NCBI GenBank assembly: GCA_964486045.1
Contig: CAZALK010000011.1
Coordinates: 1 to 64,000, forward strand
Direction of reading: 5' to 3'
DNA from: an uncultured archaeon
GTDB taxonomy: Archaea; Asgardarchaeota; Lokiarchaeia; Sigyniarchaeales; SOKP01
DNA: 64,000 nt
Shown here: piece by piece, positions 30,467-40,927 of the stretch
Layout: the number at the start of each line of letters is the position of its first letter
Numbering within the stretch: the first letter of the stretch is position 1
Notes under the pieces: generated by a model
What the model saw: only the letters and a program-made list of their open reading frames with translations
Databases searched by the model: none
What the model was told of the DNA's origin: nothing
Translations under genes and position numbers: made by a program

Positions 30467-31591
30467 ATGACAAGTAGTAACCATAAAGAAGATAAAATGC
30501 ATGAACAAAATCAGACTAAGGGGATAATGGAAAGAAAAATAGAACATCTTAGAATCCCCTTAGAACATGATGTACAACATTCCATAAATTATTTTAAAGA
30601 CATTAAATTGATTCATCATCCTATCCCCGATTTTGATTTAGAGGATATAGACCTCTCAATTAATTTCTTTGGTAAAAAAATTTCTGCCCCGATATGTATC
30701 TCCGCAATTACGGGTGGTCATCCCATTTCTAAAGATATTAATGAGATTTTGGCTAAAGCCGCTGAAGAAGAAGGTATTATAATGAGTGTAGGCAGTCAGC
30801 GCGCTGGTATTGAAGAATCAACTTTATTAAATTCCTTTAAGATTACACGTGATGTTGCACCTAATATACCAATCATAGGAAATATTGGTATAGGTCAAGT
30901 AAGTAATCCAAATTTTGAAATAAGGGATTTTCACGAATGCATCAAAATGGTTGATGCTGATGTAATGGCAATTCATTTAAATATTTTACATGAATTAGTC
31001 CAAGATAAAGGAGATACCTCGTATAAACCATTTCGCGAAAATTTCACAAAAATTCGAAATAAATATAAAATTCCAATAATAGCAAAAGAAGTTGGAACGG
31101 GGTTTAACTCCGATTTAGCCTTTAGCCTTGATAAACTCGGGTTTGATGGATTTGACATTGGAGGGACTGGAGGGACTAGTTTTGCCGCAATTGAATCTAA
31201 ACGTAATAACTTCGATAATCAAAAATACACCCGAGATCCTGCTGATGTATTTAGAGAATGGGGTATACCTACTCCTGTCAGTATTGTGTATGTCAGAAAT
31301 GTATCTCAGAAATTAATCATTGCCACTGGTGGTTTAAGAACAGGAATAGATATAGCCAAATCAATAGTATTAGGGGCTGACATTGGAGGGTTTGCTTATA
31401 AATTTCTCCAATCTGCATGGCAAGATAGAAAGGATAAATCCATTTTTAAAACAGTCAGGGAAATTAGAACGTTAAAAAATGAATTACGTACCTGTTTATG
31501 GTTAATGAACCAGGAAAAGATTATTGATTTAAAAGGTAATAAAAGTAAGTGCGTTGTTTTAGGTGACCTATATCGATGGTTAAAACAATAA
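30467..31591 (+). CDS. fni: Type 2 isopentenyl-diphosphate delta-isomerase
   Basis: RK.EH, AITGG, VGSQR, HLN.LHE..Q..GD, KEVG.G, GGTSF, WGIPT and ATGGLRTG motifs. Confidence 0.93.
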   Translation: MTSSNHKEDKMHEQNQTKGIMERKIEHLRIPLEHDVQHSINYFKDIKLIHHPIPDFDLEDIDLSINFFGKKISAPICISAITGGHPISKDINEILAKAAEEEGIIMSVGSQRAGIEESTLLNSFKITRDVAPNIPIIGNIGIGQVSNPNFEIRDFHECIKMVDADVMAIHLNILHELVQDKGDTSYKPFRENFTKIRNKYKIPIIAKEVGTGFNSDLAFSLDKLGFDGFDIGGTGGTSFAAIESKRNNFDNQKYTRDPADVFREWGIPTPVSIVYVRNVSQKLIIATGGLRTGIDIAKSIVLGADIGGFAYKFLQSAWQDRKDKSIFKTVREIRTLKNELRTCLWLMNQEKIIDLKGNKSKCVVLGDLYRWLKQ

Positions 31592-31706
31592 ATCTTATTC
31601 TTCTGTAATTAATGTAGTAATTGTATACTAAAGCTATATTCACCAATTTTCAGCTATGAAACAAATTAGTAATCAGTTTGCTAAACTCAATATTACACGG
31701 TTAAGA

Positions 31707-32093
31707 TTAGTCATTGTTATCTTCTAAGGCATCTTCAATTTTTTCTTTAAATCCTGAATAAACTCCAATTCGACCCTGGTAATTCTCTAGGTCATTATAA
31801 TAGAGTTTTATGAATTTCTTTGAAATTTTTTCTAAAACACGATTTACTTTTTTTTGGTTGAATTGGATAGACGAGTTTGCAACAAATAAAAGATTACTTT
31901 TTTTGATTATTGTGAATCTCTTATTGTTTAATTGAAAATTTGATAAACCCCCATCAGATAGCTGTTCGGCAAATGTGTTTAATGCACTCATCATTGCTCC
32001 AAATAATTGAGGTGATATAGATTCTTTAAAAGTTCTATGAAACACAACTATTCCTGATTTATGCAGAATCCAAACATCTTGGAGTACTTTCAA
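31707..32093 (-). CDS. Stand-alone longin-like domain protein
   Basis: WILHKSGIVVF, QLFG...SALNTFAEQL and F.KLY patterns. Resembles the C-terminal domains of 57858 and 59181. Confidence 0.65.
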   Translation of the reverse strand: MKVLQDVWILHKSGIVVFHRTFKESISPQLFGAMMSALNTFAEQLSDGGLSNFQLNNKRFTIIKKSNLLFVANSSIQFNQKKVNRVLEKISKKFIKLYYNDLENYQGRIGVYSGFKEKIEDALEDNND

Positions 32094-32142
32094 TTAAAAC
32101 CCTTTTTGATTATTCTTATAATTTAGATTGAATATCTGTAAA

Positions 32143-32694
32143 TTAATTTCCCCATCTTTTTATATCAATTTCTATTCCTGTTTGATCTAGTATCCTCCCG
32201 ATTGTATGGTTAATAATATCATCAACATTCTTAGGATTGTGATAAAATGAAGGTACTGGTGGAAATATTACAACACCGAGTCTTGTTAATTTCAGCATAT
32301 TTTCAAGATGAATAGCACTTAAAGGAGTTTCTCTAACGACAAGAATAATCCTTCTTCTTTCTTTTATCATTACATCCGCAACCCTGCTAATTAAATTATC
32401 AGAATAACCATTTGCTACAGCTGCTAATGTTTTCATTGAACATGGAATTACAACCATGTTTTCTATCACATATGATCCGCTTGACGGGGCAGCTGTTAAA
32501 TCATTTACTTCATAATTTATTGCCGCCAATTTACGTACATCTTCAATACTATAATTAGTTTCAGCTTTTATTATAATTTCAGCTTTTTCAGAGATAATTA
32601 GTTCCGTTTTAATTTCAAGGTTTTTTAATTCTTCAAGAAACTTAATTCCTAAGATAGCACCACTCGCACCTGTCATAGCAACTAGAATTTGTAT
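32143..32694 (-). CDS. ubiX: Flavin prenyltransferase
   Basis: ILVAMTGASG, SSGS, PCSMKTLA, R.ADV..KERR and RETPL motifs. The first beta strand (IQILVA) lies upstream of the ATG at 32676, so the start is uncertain. Confidence 0.9.
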   Translation of the reverse strand: MQILVAMTGASGAILGIKFLEELKNLEIKTELIISEKAEIIIKAETNYSIEDVRKLAAINYEVNDLTAAPSSGSYVIENMVVIPCSMKTLAAVANGYSDNLISRVADVMIKERRRIILVVRETPLSAIHLENMLKLTRLGVVIFPPVPSFYHNPKNVDDIINHTIGRILDQTGIEIDIKRWGN

Positions 32695-32816
32695 TACACG
32701 TTCCAGACCAAATCTATATTTTCAATAATTAATGAAGAATGGGTAATTTAATATGAGAAATGATAATGATTTAAATTTTTTATTAGAATTTTTACATTAA
32801 AATTAAAATAAATTAT

Positions 32817-33884
32817 TTAGAAAGATCTGTTTAAGACAAAATCTAATAAATTAATAAAAAATTCTGTTTCAGATTCATTAATAGTGGACTTTAACTTCTC
32901 AATCGCTGTTTTAGCCTCTTGATAATATTTTTTGGCAATTTTCTTACAAGAATTAGCTGAATCTGCTCTAAGAAATAACTCCTTAACTTCATTAACGTCA
33001 TTTTCAGCCATTTTTGGCTTTTCAATTAATTCTAAAATTCGATTTTTTTCCTTTTCATTAGACTTATCTAAAGCTTCTATTAACAAACAAGTATGCTTAC
33101 CTTCTCGTATATCTCCATCAGTTGGTTTTCCCGTGATTTTTTCATCTCCAAAAGTTCCTAAAATATCATCAATTATTTGAAAAATAATGCCGAGATTCAC
33201 TCCATAAATTGAAAGAGGCTTTCTAAACTTTTCATCGGCTTTCGAATAGTTTGCTCCAATTAAAATCGATTTCTCAATTAATGCTCCAGTTTTTAGAGAG
33301 ATCATTTCAATGTAATCATCCATGGAAATTTTTTTTTGATTCACCATATCAGTTTCAATTAAAACACCATTGATTATATCCGTAAATGCTTGCTCATAAA
33401 GTTTAATTGCATTTAGGTTTAAGTCAACCTCAAAGTCATTGAAGAAATAAGCTTCTAATCCTGAAATAAACGCGGAATCACCTCCTATTATTCCAATGGA
33501 ATTACCAAAATCAGAGGCAATCATTTTTTTAAGTTGATACTTTTCATGATAATTTCTAAATCGGAAATGAAAAGCTGGTTTTCCCCTTCTAAAATCATCC
33601 TTATCAATGATATCATCATGAATTAATGAACCATTATGAAGGAATTCTGTCCCTACACTTGGTACGACAATCTTTTCGTCCCTTTGACCTTTAAAAGCAT
33701 TATAGGCGGCAATACATAGTAAAGGGCGTATTCTTTTTCCACCCGCTAAGAAATACTCTCTTAATTCTAAGTAATATTCTTTTAGAAATGAATTTTTTAC
33801 ACTTTTTAGTTTAGAATCATAAATAGATTTAATTGCATCATTTATTTTCTGTTTATATTCCTCAACATAATCTATAAATTTCAG
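32817..33884 (-). CDS. Polyprenyl (geranylgeranyl) diphosphate synthase
   Basis: The frame stays open 120 codons upstream of the tracked ORF and contains GGKRIRP and LIHDDIIDKDDFRRGKP. Downstream motifs are KTGAL and FQIIDDILG. Probable CTG start at 33884. Confidence 0.9.
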   Translation of the reverse strand: MKFIDYVEEYKQKINDAIKSIYDSKLKSVKNSFLKEYYLELREYFLAGGKRIRPLLCIAAYNAFKGQRDEKIVVPSVGTEFLHNGSLIHDDIIDKDDFRRGKPAFHFRFRNYHEKYQLKKMIASDFGNSIGIIGGDSAFISGLEAYFFNDFEVDLNLNAIKLYEQAFTDIINGVLIETDMVNQKKISMDDYIEMISLKTGALIEKSILIGANYSKADEKFRKPLSIYGVNLGIIFQIIDDILGTFGDEKITGKPTDGDIREGKHTCLLIEALDKSNEKEKNRILELIEKPKMAENDVNEVKELFLRADSANSCKKIAKKYYQEAKTAIEKLKSTINESETEFFINLLDFVLNRSF

Positions 33885-34027
33885 AAATTACCACTATTCT
33901 CGTTTTTATTTTAAATTATAAAACAAAAATTTTTGTTTTATATAAGTGATATCAAATTATCAATATTCTTAATTACTAGAGAGTAAACTCTATTCTCAAA
34001 ATTTAAAAATTAGGGTAAAAACGCTTT

Positions 34028-35716
34028 TTGGCAAATTTAAAAAAATTAAAATCAAATAAAAAAAAATTAGGTTTAATAATCAGTATCTCAATAATAATCA
34101 TTGGGGTAGTACCACTACTTATTTTAACATTTGTTCCTGAACTGAGACATTCATATACAATTGAGCCATTAGCTCTTGAATCCGAAGATAACATATATAT
34201 TAGTGCTTTTAAATATACTCCAAAAGGGGAAAAAAGCCATGGTGGGATCGTTGTCGGTCATAGTTTTTTTGGGAATAAGCTCAATATGCAACCATTGAGT
34301 ATAGAATTTGTTAAACGAGGATTTACAGTAATAAATATAGATTTTCGAGGTCATGGTGCTTCCGGTGGAAATTTCTACCGTAGTGAATTAATAAAAGATA
34401 TGAAAGCTGCGGTTGATTATCTCGAATATAATTTATCATACATTTCTGAAATTGGACTCGTAGGACATTCATTAGGTGCGGAAGTAGCATTAAAGTTATC
34501 AAATGCTTATCCCGATAGAATCAACGCAACCGCGGCAATTGGGGCAACAACTGGCAATATTACATCAGTTTCGAATCTATTTTTAGCAGCAGGGGAATAT
34601 GACACAGGTTTATCTGAAGAAATAATGCTTGATGTCCTAAGATCATATACCGGGGAGGAAAATGTAGTAGTTGGTCAAATGTATTATGGAGATTTCAATG
34701 GAGGAAATAACATACAAGGTTTTATTAGCCCCTTTTCAGATCATTTAACTGAAATTATAGATTCAGCCATTATTTACCAAACAGTTCAATGGTTCGAGCA
34801 AGCGTTTAATGGAGAATTGGGGAGTGATATCTTTATAACAGCTACAATTTTGCAAGTTTTTTCCTATGTAGCTCTTTTTGGGGTAATCGTGCTGAATGCG
34901 GTATTAGTAATATATATTAGTACCTTCATTTTTAAAAATAGAAAATTTTTCCCCGAAAAAGAAATATTAAAAGAATTTGGGAGTCTATCATATAAAAAAC
35001 TCTCACTATATTATACCGTCCCTGTTGTGGTAATTCAATTTATCTTCTTTTTATTTCTCTCAGACATTACACTAGATATATTCCCCTTTTCTACGACAAG
35101 TATAACATTATTGCTAATCGTTGGAGCTGCGGTTGGGATAATACTTGTATATAATTTCCTTTTATTAAATTTAAGTGAAAAATTTTCTATCAGAGATTTC
35201 TTCTTGAAAATTAAATTAATGTGTTCCAAGAATTCTGGAAGGTCGGTTATTTATGGAACCCTAATAGGGTTACAAGTGATATTCTCAATAGCGGCAATTT
35301 GGCATTGGTCTGTACAAAATTCACTCCCAACTTTAGAAGGAATTGGGAGAATGATATTGATAACTCTTATATCTTTCCCTTTTTTTTTAATTAAAGAATT
35401 CTATTACAGAAATGTTCAGGGACGATTAAACATTTTAAGTCGATATGATGAATACATTGTAATGGTTGGAATTGGAATTATTATGGATAATACGCTTATC
35501 ATTTTTATAATAATAATAGGAAGAATCAATTTAGCTTACATACCAGCATATGTTCTTTACCTTTTAGGATGGGTCATTTTTTCAATTATACAACATGCCT
35601 CAGTTACTTATGTATATATGCATTCAGGGAGGAATATTTTAGGATCGACGATTTTTATAAGTATCTTTTACTCTTGGATTGTAGTTGTTTTTTTCCCATC
35701 CTATGGATTTCTGTAA
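34028..35716 (+). CDS. Alpha/beta hydrolase with C-terminal multi-pass membrane domain
   Basis: DFRGHGAS, nucleophile elbow GHSLG, N-terminal TM and about 8 C-terminal hydrophobic segments. Confidence 0.8.
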   Translation: MANLKKLKSNKKKLGLIISISIIIIGVVPLLILTFVPELRHSYTIEPLALESEDNIYISAFKYTPKGEKSHGGIVVGHSFFGNKLNMQPLSIEFVKRGFTVINIDFRGHGASGGNFYRSELIKDMKAAVDYLEYNLSYISEIGLVGHSLGAEVALKLSNAYPDRINATAAIGATTGNITSVSNLFLAAGEYDTGLSEEIMLDVLRSYTGEENVVVGQMYYGDFNGGNNIQGFISPFSDHLTEIIDSAIIYQTVQWFEQAFNGELGSDIFITATILQVFSYVALFGVIVLNAVLVIYISTFIFKNRKFFPEKEILKEFGSLSYKKLSLYYTVPVVVIQFIFFLFLSDITLDIFPFSTTSITLLLIVGAAVGIILVYNFLLLNLSEKFSIRDFFLKIKLMCSKNSGRSVIYGTLIGLQVIFSIAAIWHWSVQNSLPTLEGIGRMILITLISFPFFLIKEFYYRNVQGRLNILSRYDEYIVMVGIGIIMDNTLIIFIIIIGRINLAYIPAYVLYLLGWVIFSIIQHASVTYVYMHSGRNILGSTIFISIFYSWIVVVFFPSYGFL

Positions 35717-36126
35717 TTTTTTTTATTTTTATCCATTACAGAATTATCCAGCATTGGTTTTAAGTGACTTAATAAATCATCAAAATCTGCTAAATCAAAA
35801 TGTTTTTTCAAAAAACCGTCTGCTTTTGTTTCAAGAGTTTTAATTGCAACCTCCGCTTCTGGAACTCCAGAAAAGTAATAAACAAGGATATCCTTGTATC
35901 TATCATTTGATTTGATATAGCTACAGAACTCATATCCACTCAAATGTGGCAAATGTACGTCTAAAAGAATTAACTGTGGTTTTTGGTTTTTTAATTCTTC
36001 AATTGCTTCTGAGGTATTACCAACAGATTTACATGAATAACCCTTAATTCGGAAAATCTTTTTTAGTAAATCAATTATATATTTGCTGTCATCTATAATT
36101 AAAATATCATATTGAGAATAGACCAA
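35701..36126 (-). CDS. Single-domain response regulator
   Basis: ILIIDD, PQLILLDVHLP..SGYE and ADGFLKK motifs. Confidence 0.88.
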   Translation of the reverse strand: MVYSQYDILIIDDSKYIIDLLKKIFRIKGYSCKSVGNTSEAIEELKNQKPQLILLDVHLPHLSGYEFCSYIKSNDRYKDILVYYFSGVPEAEVAIKTLETKADGFLKKHFDLADFDDLLSHLKPMLDNSVMDKNKKNYRNP

Positions 36127-36394
36127 TTTGAGATCAACTACAATTCATGTTGTTTTAGGTCCTTGCAACATCACTTTTTCTTAATATCCCTAATAACATA
36201 TCTCTAACAATAACAGAATTATTTAAATTTGAGTTTTTCGTTATAATTACTTGAGAATTTGATTTTTTCATATAAAAAAATGACACTTAAATTATATCAT
36301 ATCTTTTTGTCTCATTAGTTATAGATTTTAAAAATTCATATAGCTCTCTTTTTTTAGTTCCCCAGTTTTTCTTAGTCGTTAACAGATTACATCA

Positions 36395-39187
36395 TTAACT
36401 AGTTTCAATTTTAAAAGTTACAATAACATGAGGTTCTAATGAAATACTTAGTTGATTTTCACCATACCTATTAATTTTTGCTTTAATTTCATTTATTGGT
36501 TCTTCTTCGAGGAGGTTTACAATTTTCACACTTGTTATCGAAATTTCCTTAAAAAAAGTTAATAAAGCCTTTTGAGGAATGGATGATATGTTGTATACTC
36601 TTAGAATTAAATAATTTCCTACTTCAGCCTTTTTCAGAGCACTTAAAATTACATTGTTATTATCTATTTCAAGAAAACTAAGGACTGGTGGAAGGTAAGG
36701 CTTTAAATTTAATGATTTGGATACATCAAAGTACGATATAATTCCAGATGGTTGTAATATCACTTTATCTGAAACTCTAATAGGACTTTGTACCATATTA
36801 GGAAAAAGAGGTCTGAGGGGGCTGTTAAATTCTTTTCCTTTTTGATGTATCTCCGATTCTAACCAATTTGATTTTGAAGTAGTAATAAGCGATAATTCAA
36901 ATAAGTGTTTTCCAAGACACTGAGCACCTGGAGTGTTATATCCTGGACCAGCATGAGACATTTTTGTCTTAAAATCATCACGAGATAACCATCCAATACA
37001 TCTCAGAAGAGTAATCGCAAATGTTATTTTCTTTTCTTTATTAATTATAGCTTCATACTCGGGTATACCTTTATTAAGTACTGCAAAAGTTCTCGAATCA
37101 TCACTAATAGATATGAAATCTTTTTGGTGGTTAGTTGGTAAGGGTTTTTGGACCCAATCATCAGCGGGGGGTAGTTTTACACTCCTTGGAACAACATAAA
37201 AATGACCATCGGCATAAATTTTATCTGATTTTATTTTGGTAGGAAATAAAACACGAATTCGATGATCTTTACAATTATTTTCTAACTCAATCTTAAAATC
37301 GATTCGTTTTATACCTTTAAATAAGGAAATATATATGATTATTTCATTATCTACGAGACAATCTTCTCTATTGTTTCGTTCTTCTGTAAGTGAGTTGGGA
37401 AGCTTTAGATTTAGTCTTATTTTAAAGATTTTCTGAGTGGGACCATCTACATATATGGATCGTTCAATAACGGTAGCATCTTCAGATAGGAAAACTAAAT
37501 CTGTTTGATTTTCTTTTGGACCTGAAAAATCATATTCATCACCCCAATCTCCCATATCTTCAAATTCACATATATTTTTATAGGTCAGACCTGCTTCCTT
37601 GTCTACGACTTTAATAAAGCCATTAGAATCTATATCAATTCGATAAAATTCATTTTCTAGAAACTCTTGTTTTATATTAAAGAAATTGCTCTCCAATGGA
37701 AAAACATTAGCAGAATCAACTGGTTGAAGGTAATAAACTTTATATCCACATGCAGGTACTTCTGCCAAAAAGGTAAATTTATGACTTATACCAAGTTTTC
37801 GGGTGAATCTAGACTCTTCTTTAACTGAATGATATTGATAGGCAATTTCTCTTCCCTCAAAATCAGTCAATTTAAGATTATATGGAAATTTTTCACCACT
37901 CACTTTGCGAGATATTGTATTAAACTTGACAATATCCTTTCGTTGCCATGGGAGTGGATTAAATACTAGTATTGTATGTTGCCCATTAAGTTCATTATCA
38001 ATTTTTATAAGCTGAGCTAAATAAAGAAAGGAGTTTTTATAGACCTCATTTGCAATTTGTTCTGCCCAATCAAACCGAATTTTCATTTCATCGTGAACTT
38101 GGTCGATGCTACAGCCACATATACTGTCATGAGGCGCATTTTTTTGAAGCCACTTTAAACCAGTCAAAATATAATCTTTAGGGTAAGTAAACCTGTTATA
38201 TTTGTCTAATAACCACGTTATTGTTGATAAAGGTTCTGAATATCTTTCATAAAGGTATTCTATAGTAGTATTCCTCTGTTTAATCCAAATTCGAGCAGAA
38301 AAAACTCCAGATAATAGGTGAACATACCTTCCTCCTCTTAATTCTCCTTGAAATTCTTTTAATCCTGGATTTGATTCCAATACCTTATTGACATAATATT
38401 CAAAATCAGCTTGTACCATTAGTTGATCAGGGTGTGTTGTATTCCATTGTTTTATTATTTCAGGGATTTCTGGGCGTGCTTCATGGTGATCTGAACCATT
38501 GTTAAGAAGTATATTTGGAGTAGCTATGTATTTTTGAAAATTTTGTATCCTTTGTTTAATTGTTCTGAGGGCTGTTTTGTATTCACCCTTGATTTTTTTT
38601 CCATTTAATCTAGCTAGTGAACCATAGCTATAGATCAAATAAATCCCTAAAATTGATGCTGCTTTACCAGGTGCATTCCATGTAAATTCCATATTCAACT
38701 TATTATTTTCAAACTCATTGCCAAAGCCTCTCCAAAATATGACTGATGGGATTTCAAAACCGTGAATTATTTGAGGTAATTGAGCAATATGGCCAAAGGG
38801 ATCGGGGATATATCCAGCATTCATAACTCTACCAAACCTTCTACTAATTTGGTGTCCAATCATGAGATTTCTGATTATAGATTCCCCGCTGACTAAAAAT
38901 TCATCAGGTAATACATACATAGGACCAATAGAAAGCCTTCCCTCTTTTACATATCTTTTTATGTCTTCCTCTTTCTCTGGGCGTATCTCTAAATAATCCT
39001 CTAAAGGAATAGTTTGCCCATCTAGAACAAAATTTTTATACTCGGGATTCACTCTAAAAATTTCCAATAGTTTATCCATCATCATTACAAGTCTAGCACG
39101 GAATTCTTGAAAAGGGAGGTACCATTCTCTATCCCAATGAGTTTCTGGAACGATTATAATATTATTAGCTTTCATGAGAAATAGCAT
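36395..39187 (-). CDS. Glycoside hydrolase family 38 (alpha-mannosidase/mannosylglycerate hydrolase-like)
   Basis: THWDREWY, LDGQT, PDPFGH and HDSICGCSID motifs. Confidence 0.92.
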   Translation of the reverse strand: MLFLMKANNIIIVPETHWDREWYLPFQEFRARLVMMMDKLLEIFRVNPEYKNFVLDGQTIPLEDYLEIRPEKEEDIKRYVKEGRLSIGPMYVLPDEFLVSGESIIRNLMIGHQISRRFGRVMNAGYIPDPFGHIAQLPQIIHGFEIPSVIFWRGFGNEFENNKLNMEFTWNAPGKAASILGIYLIYSYGSLARLNGKKIKGEYKTALRTIKQRIQNFQKYIATPNILLNNGSDHHEARPEIPEIIKQWNTTHPDQLMVQADFEYYVNKVLESNPGLKEFQGELRGGRYVHLLSGVFSARIWIKQRNTTIEYLYERYSEPLSTITWLLDKYNRFTYPKDYILTGLKWLQKNAPHDSICGCSIDQVHDEMKIRFDWAEQIANEVYKNSFLYLAQLIKIDNELNGQHTILVFNPLPWQRKDIVKFNTISRKVSGEKFPYNLKLTDFEGREIAYQYHSVKEESRFTRKLGISHKFTFLAEVPACGYKVYYLQPVDSANVFPLESNFFNIKQEFLENEFYRIDIDSNGFIKVVDKEAGLTYKNICEFEDMGDWGDEYDFSGPKENQTDLVFLSEDATVIERSIYVDGPTQKIFKIRLNLKLPNSLTEERNNREDCLVDNEIIIYISLFKGIKRIDFKIELENNCKDHRIRVLFPTKIKSDKIYADGHFYVVPRSVKLPPADDWVQKPLPTNHQKDFISISDDSRTFAVLNKGIPEYEAIINKEKKITFAITLLRCIGWLSRDDFKTKMSHAGPGYNTPGAQCLGKHLFELSLITTSKSNWLESEIHQKGKEFNSPLRPLFPNMVQSPIRVSDKVILQPSGIISYFDVSKSLNLKPYLPPVLSFLEIDNNNVILSALKKAEVGNYLILRVYNISSIPQKALLTFFKEISITSVKIVNLLEEEPINEIKAKINRYGENQLSISLEPHVIVTFKIETS

Positions 39188-39276
39188 TTAATTGAAAATT
39201 CTAATTGCAATGATAAAAGAATACTTTAATAAAAATTAATTGAATATAAATGTAATAATTTGAAAAGGAAAAGTAA

Positions 39277-40809
39277 TCACCAATGTTGTTTGTGAGATAA
39301 AACTGATTGACCAATTACACTTGAATGAGGTTTCTTCCCTAACAAATCTAATAATGTGGGGACTATATCCGTAGTTTTACAATAAGATAGTCTAATTTTA
39401 GGAATTTCAAGAGATCCCCCTATGATTAAAGGTACAAGCATAGATCTTCTACTTGCTATGTCATGATTATAGAGTGAAATGTCTTTTGTCTTTCCATGCT
39501 CAAAATTAAAACAATATTCACCTCGAGTCGAAACCATAATATCACATGAACGAGGATTTTTGAAATAACGAGGAAGTTGATCTATTAACCCAACAAAATC
39601 AGATTTAAAGGTAGCTGAAAACCATTCATCAACAGTATGCCCTTTATCATCAAGTAAACCCTGAGATTCTTCGAAATTTTCATATCCCAATAAATCTTGA
39701 GTCTCATAAGCGTATTTAGTTTTCTGATCTCCTTCTATTCCATTATATTCTATTTTCCCTTTTAAAATTTTTCCATATTCTTTATCATAACGCTCTATAT
39801 GTATAGTTCCTTTATCAGGAGTACAATTGTCATCCTTATAATACATCAATTTTACACCAGGAATTTCCCATAATGTTTTAAACAGGTTTAGGGAATTGTT
39901 TCCTGCTCTATTTGTTTTATAATTCTTCATTTCCTTTATGGTTGGGTGGTGATGCCAAGTAGTTCCATGAAAATTGAAAAAACCAACACCACCAAAATTA
40001 GAATCAAAATCACCTAAACCTGTTTTTGGATTATAAGGTATTAGTCCTTTATTGTGGAAAAAAGGTTTAAGATCATATGATTTCTCAGCTTTATAATTTC
40101 CATGATCGGATGTAATGCAGATTGTGGTATCTTCATAATATCCTGTTTGTTTAAGAGTTTCTACTAACGATCCTATATAATCATCACATCGTAATATAAG
40201 ATTTCGATACTCTGGGTGATCGAAACCCAACTCATGCATATAAGCATCAGTATGAGGAATGTAACCAACCGTAATTATAGGAACCTCATTACTAGAAAAA
40301 AATTTATTTGGGTTTCTGTAAACTTCTTCAATCTTTTTAAAAATCGATTCTACTTTAAATTCATTAGGAATAGGGAAAATCGATCCCCGATATAAAAAGT
40401 TAATAACACTCAAAAGGTTTCCGTCGTCAACTTGCTCAAAAATTGTCTTTACACTTGACCCAACATCTTTATTGATTTTAAAAATATCACGCCGTTCACT
40501 ATAATTACGAATAAATGGTGGTTTTTTTCTCTCCAAAGGTGGATCTCTGCGATCAATCCAATGATAACTTGGTACTCCACTACCTTCTTTAGGATAATAT
40601 CCGGAATAAGATCCAGTTAGAATATTTGAATAACAAGGTAACGTTACACTAGGAAAAGATGTAATGCAATTTTGGCTTGTAATACCATTTTTAGCTATCT
40701 GTGCAATATTTGGAAGCTTTCCCTCAGCCAACCACTTGAACATATGTTCAGAGCGAACGTCATCAAGGATAATTAATAAAACTTGGTTAACTTTAGCACT
40801 ACGACTCAT
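39277..40809 (-). CDS. Alkaline phosphatase superfamily (nucleotide pyrophosphatase/phosphodiesterase-like) protein
   Basis: LIILDDVR, FPSVTLP, D.YMH..G, TSDHG and DIVPTLL motifs. Confidence 0.82.
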   Translation of the reverse strand: MSRSAKVNQVLLIILDDVRSEHMFKWLAEGKLPNIAQIAKNGITSQNCITSFPSVTLPCYSNILTGSYSGYYPKEGSGVPSYHWIDRRDPPLERKKPPFIRNYSERRDIFKINKDVGSSVKTIFEQVDDGNLLSVINFLYRGSIFPIPNEFKVESIFKKIEEVYRNPNKFFSSNEVPIITVGYIPHTDAYMHELGFDHPEYRNLILRCDDYIGSLVETLKQTGYYEDTTICITSDHGNYKAEKSYDLKPFFHNKGLIPYNPKTGLGDFDSNFGGVGFFNFHGTTWHHHPTIKEMKNYKTNRAGNNSLNLFKTLWEIPGVKLMYYKDDNCTPDKGTIHIERYDKEYGKILKGKIEYNGIEGDQKTKYAYETQDLLGYENFEESQGLLDDKGHTVDEWFSATFKSDFVGLIDQLPRYFKNPRSCDIMVSTRGEYCFNFEHGKTKDISLYNHDIASRRSMLVPLIIGGSLEIPKIRLSYCKTTDIVPTLLDLLGKKPHSSVIGQSVLSHKQHW

Positions 40810-40927
40810 GTTATCTAATAATTGATAATAACTTATATAAATTTTAAATAAAATAATGTTGTATAAGATTAGAGTTTTTGATTATTAAAAATTGAGGAAT
40901 GATCATTAGTAACTCTGTAAAGCGATA

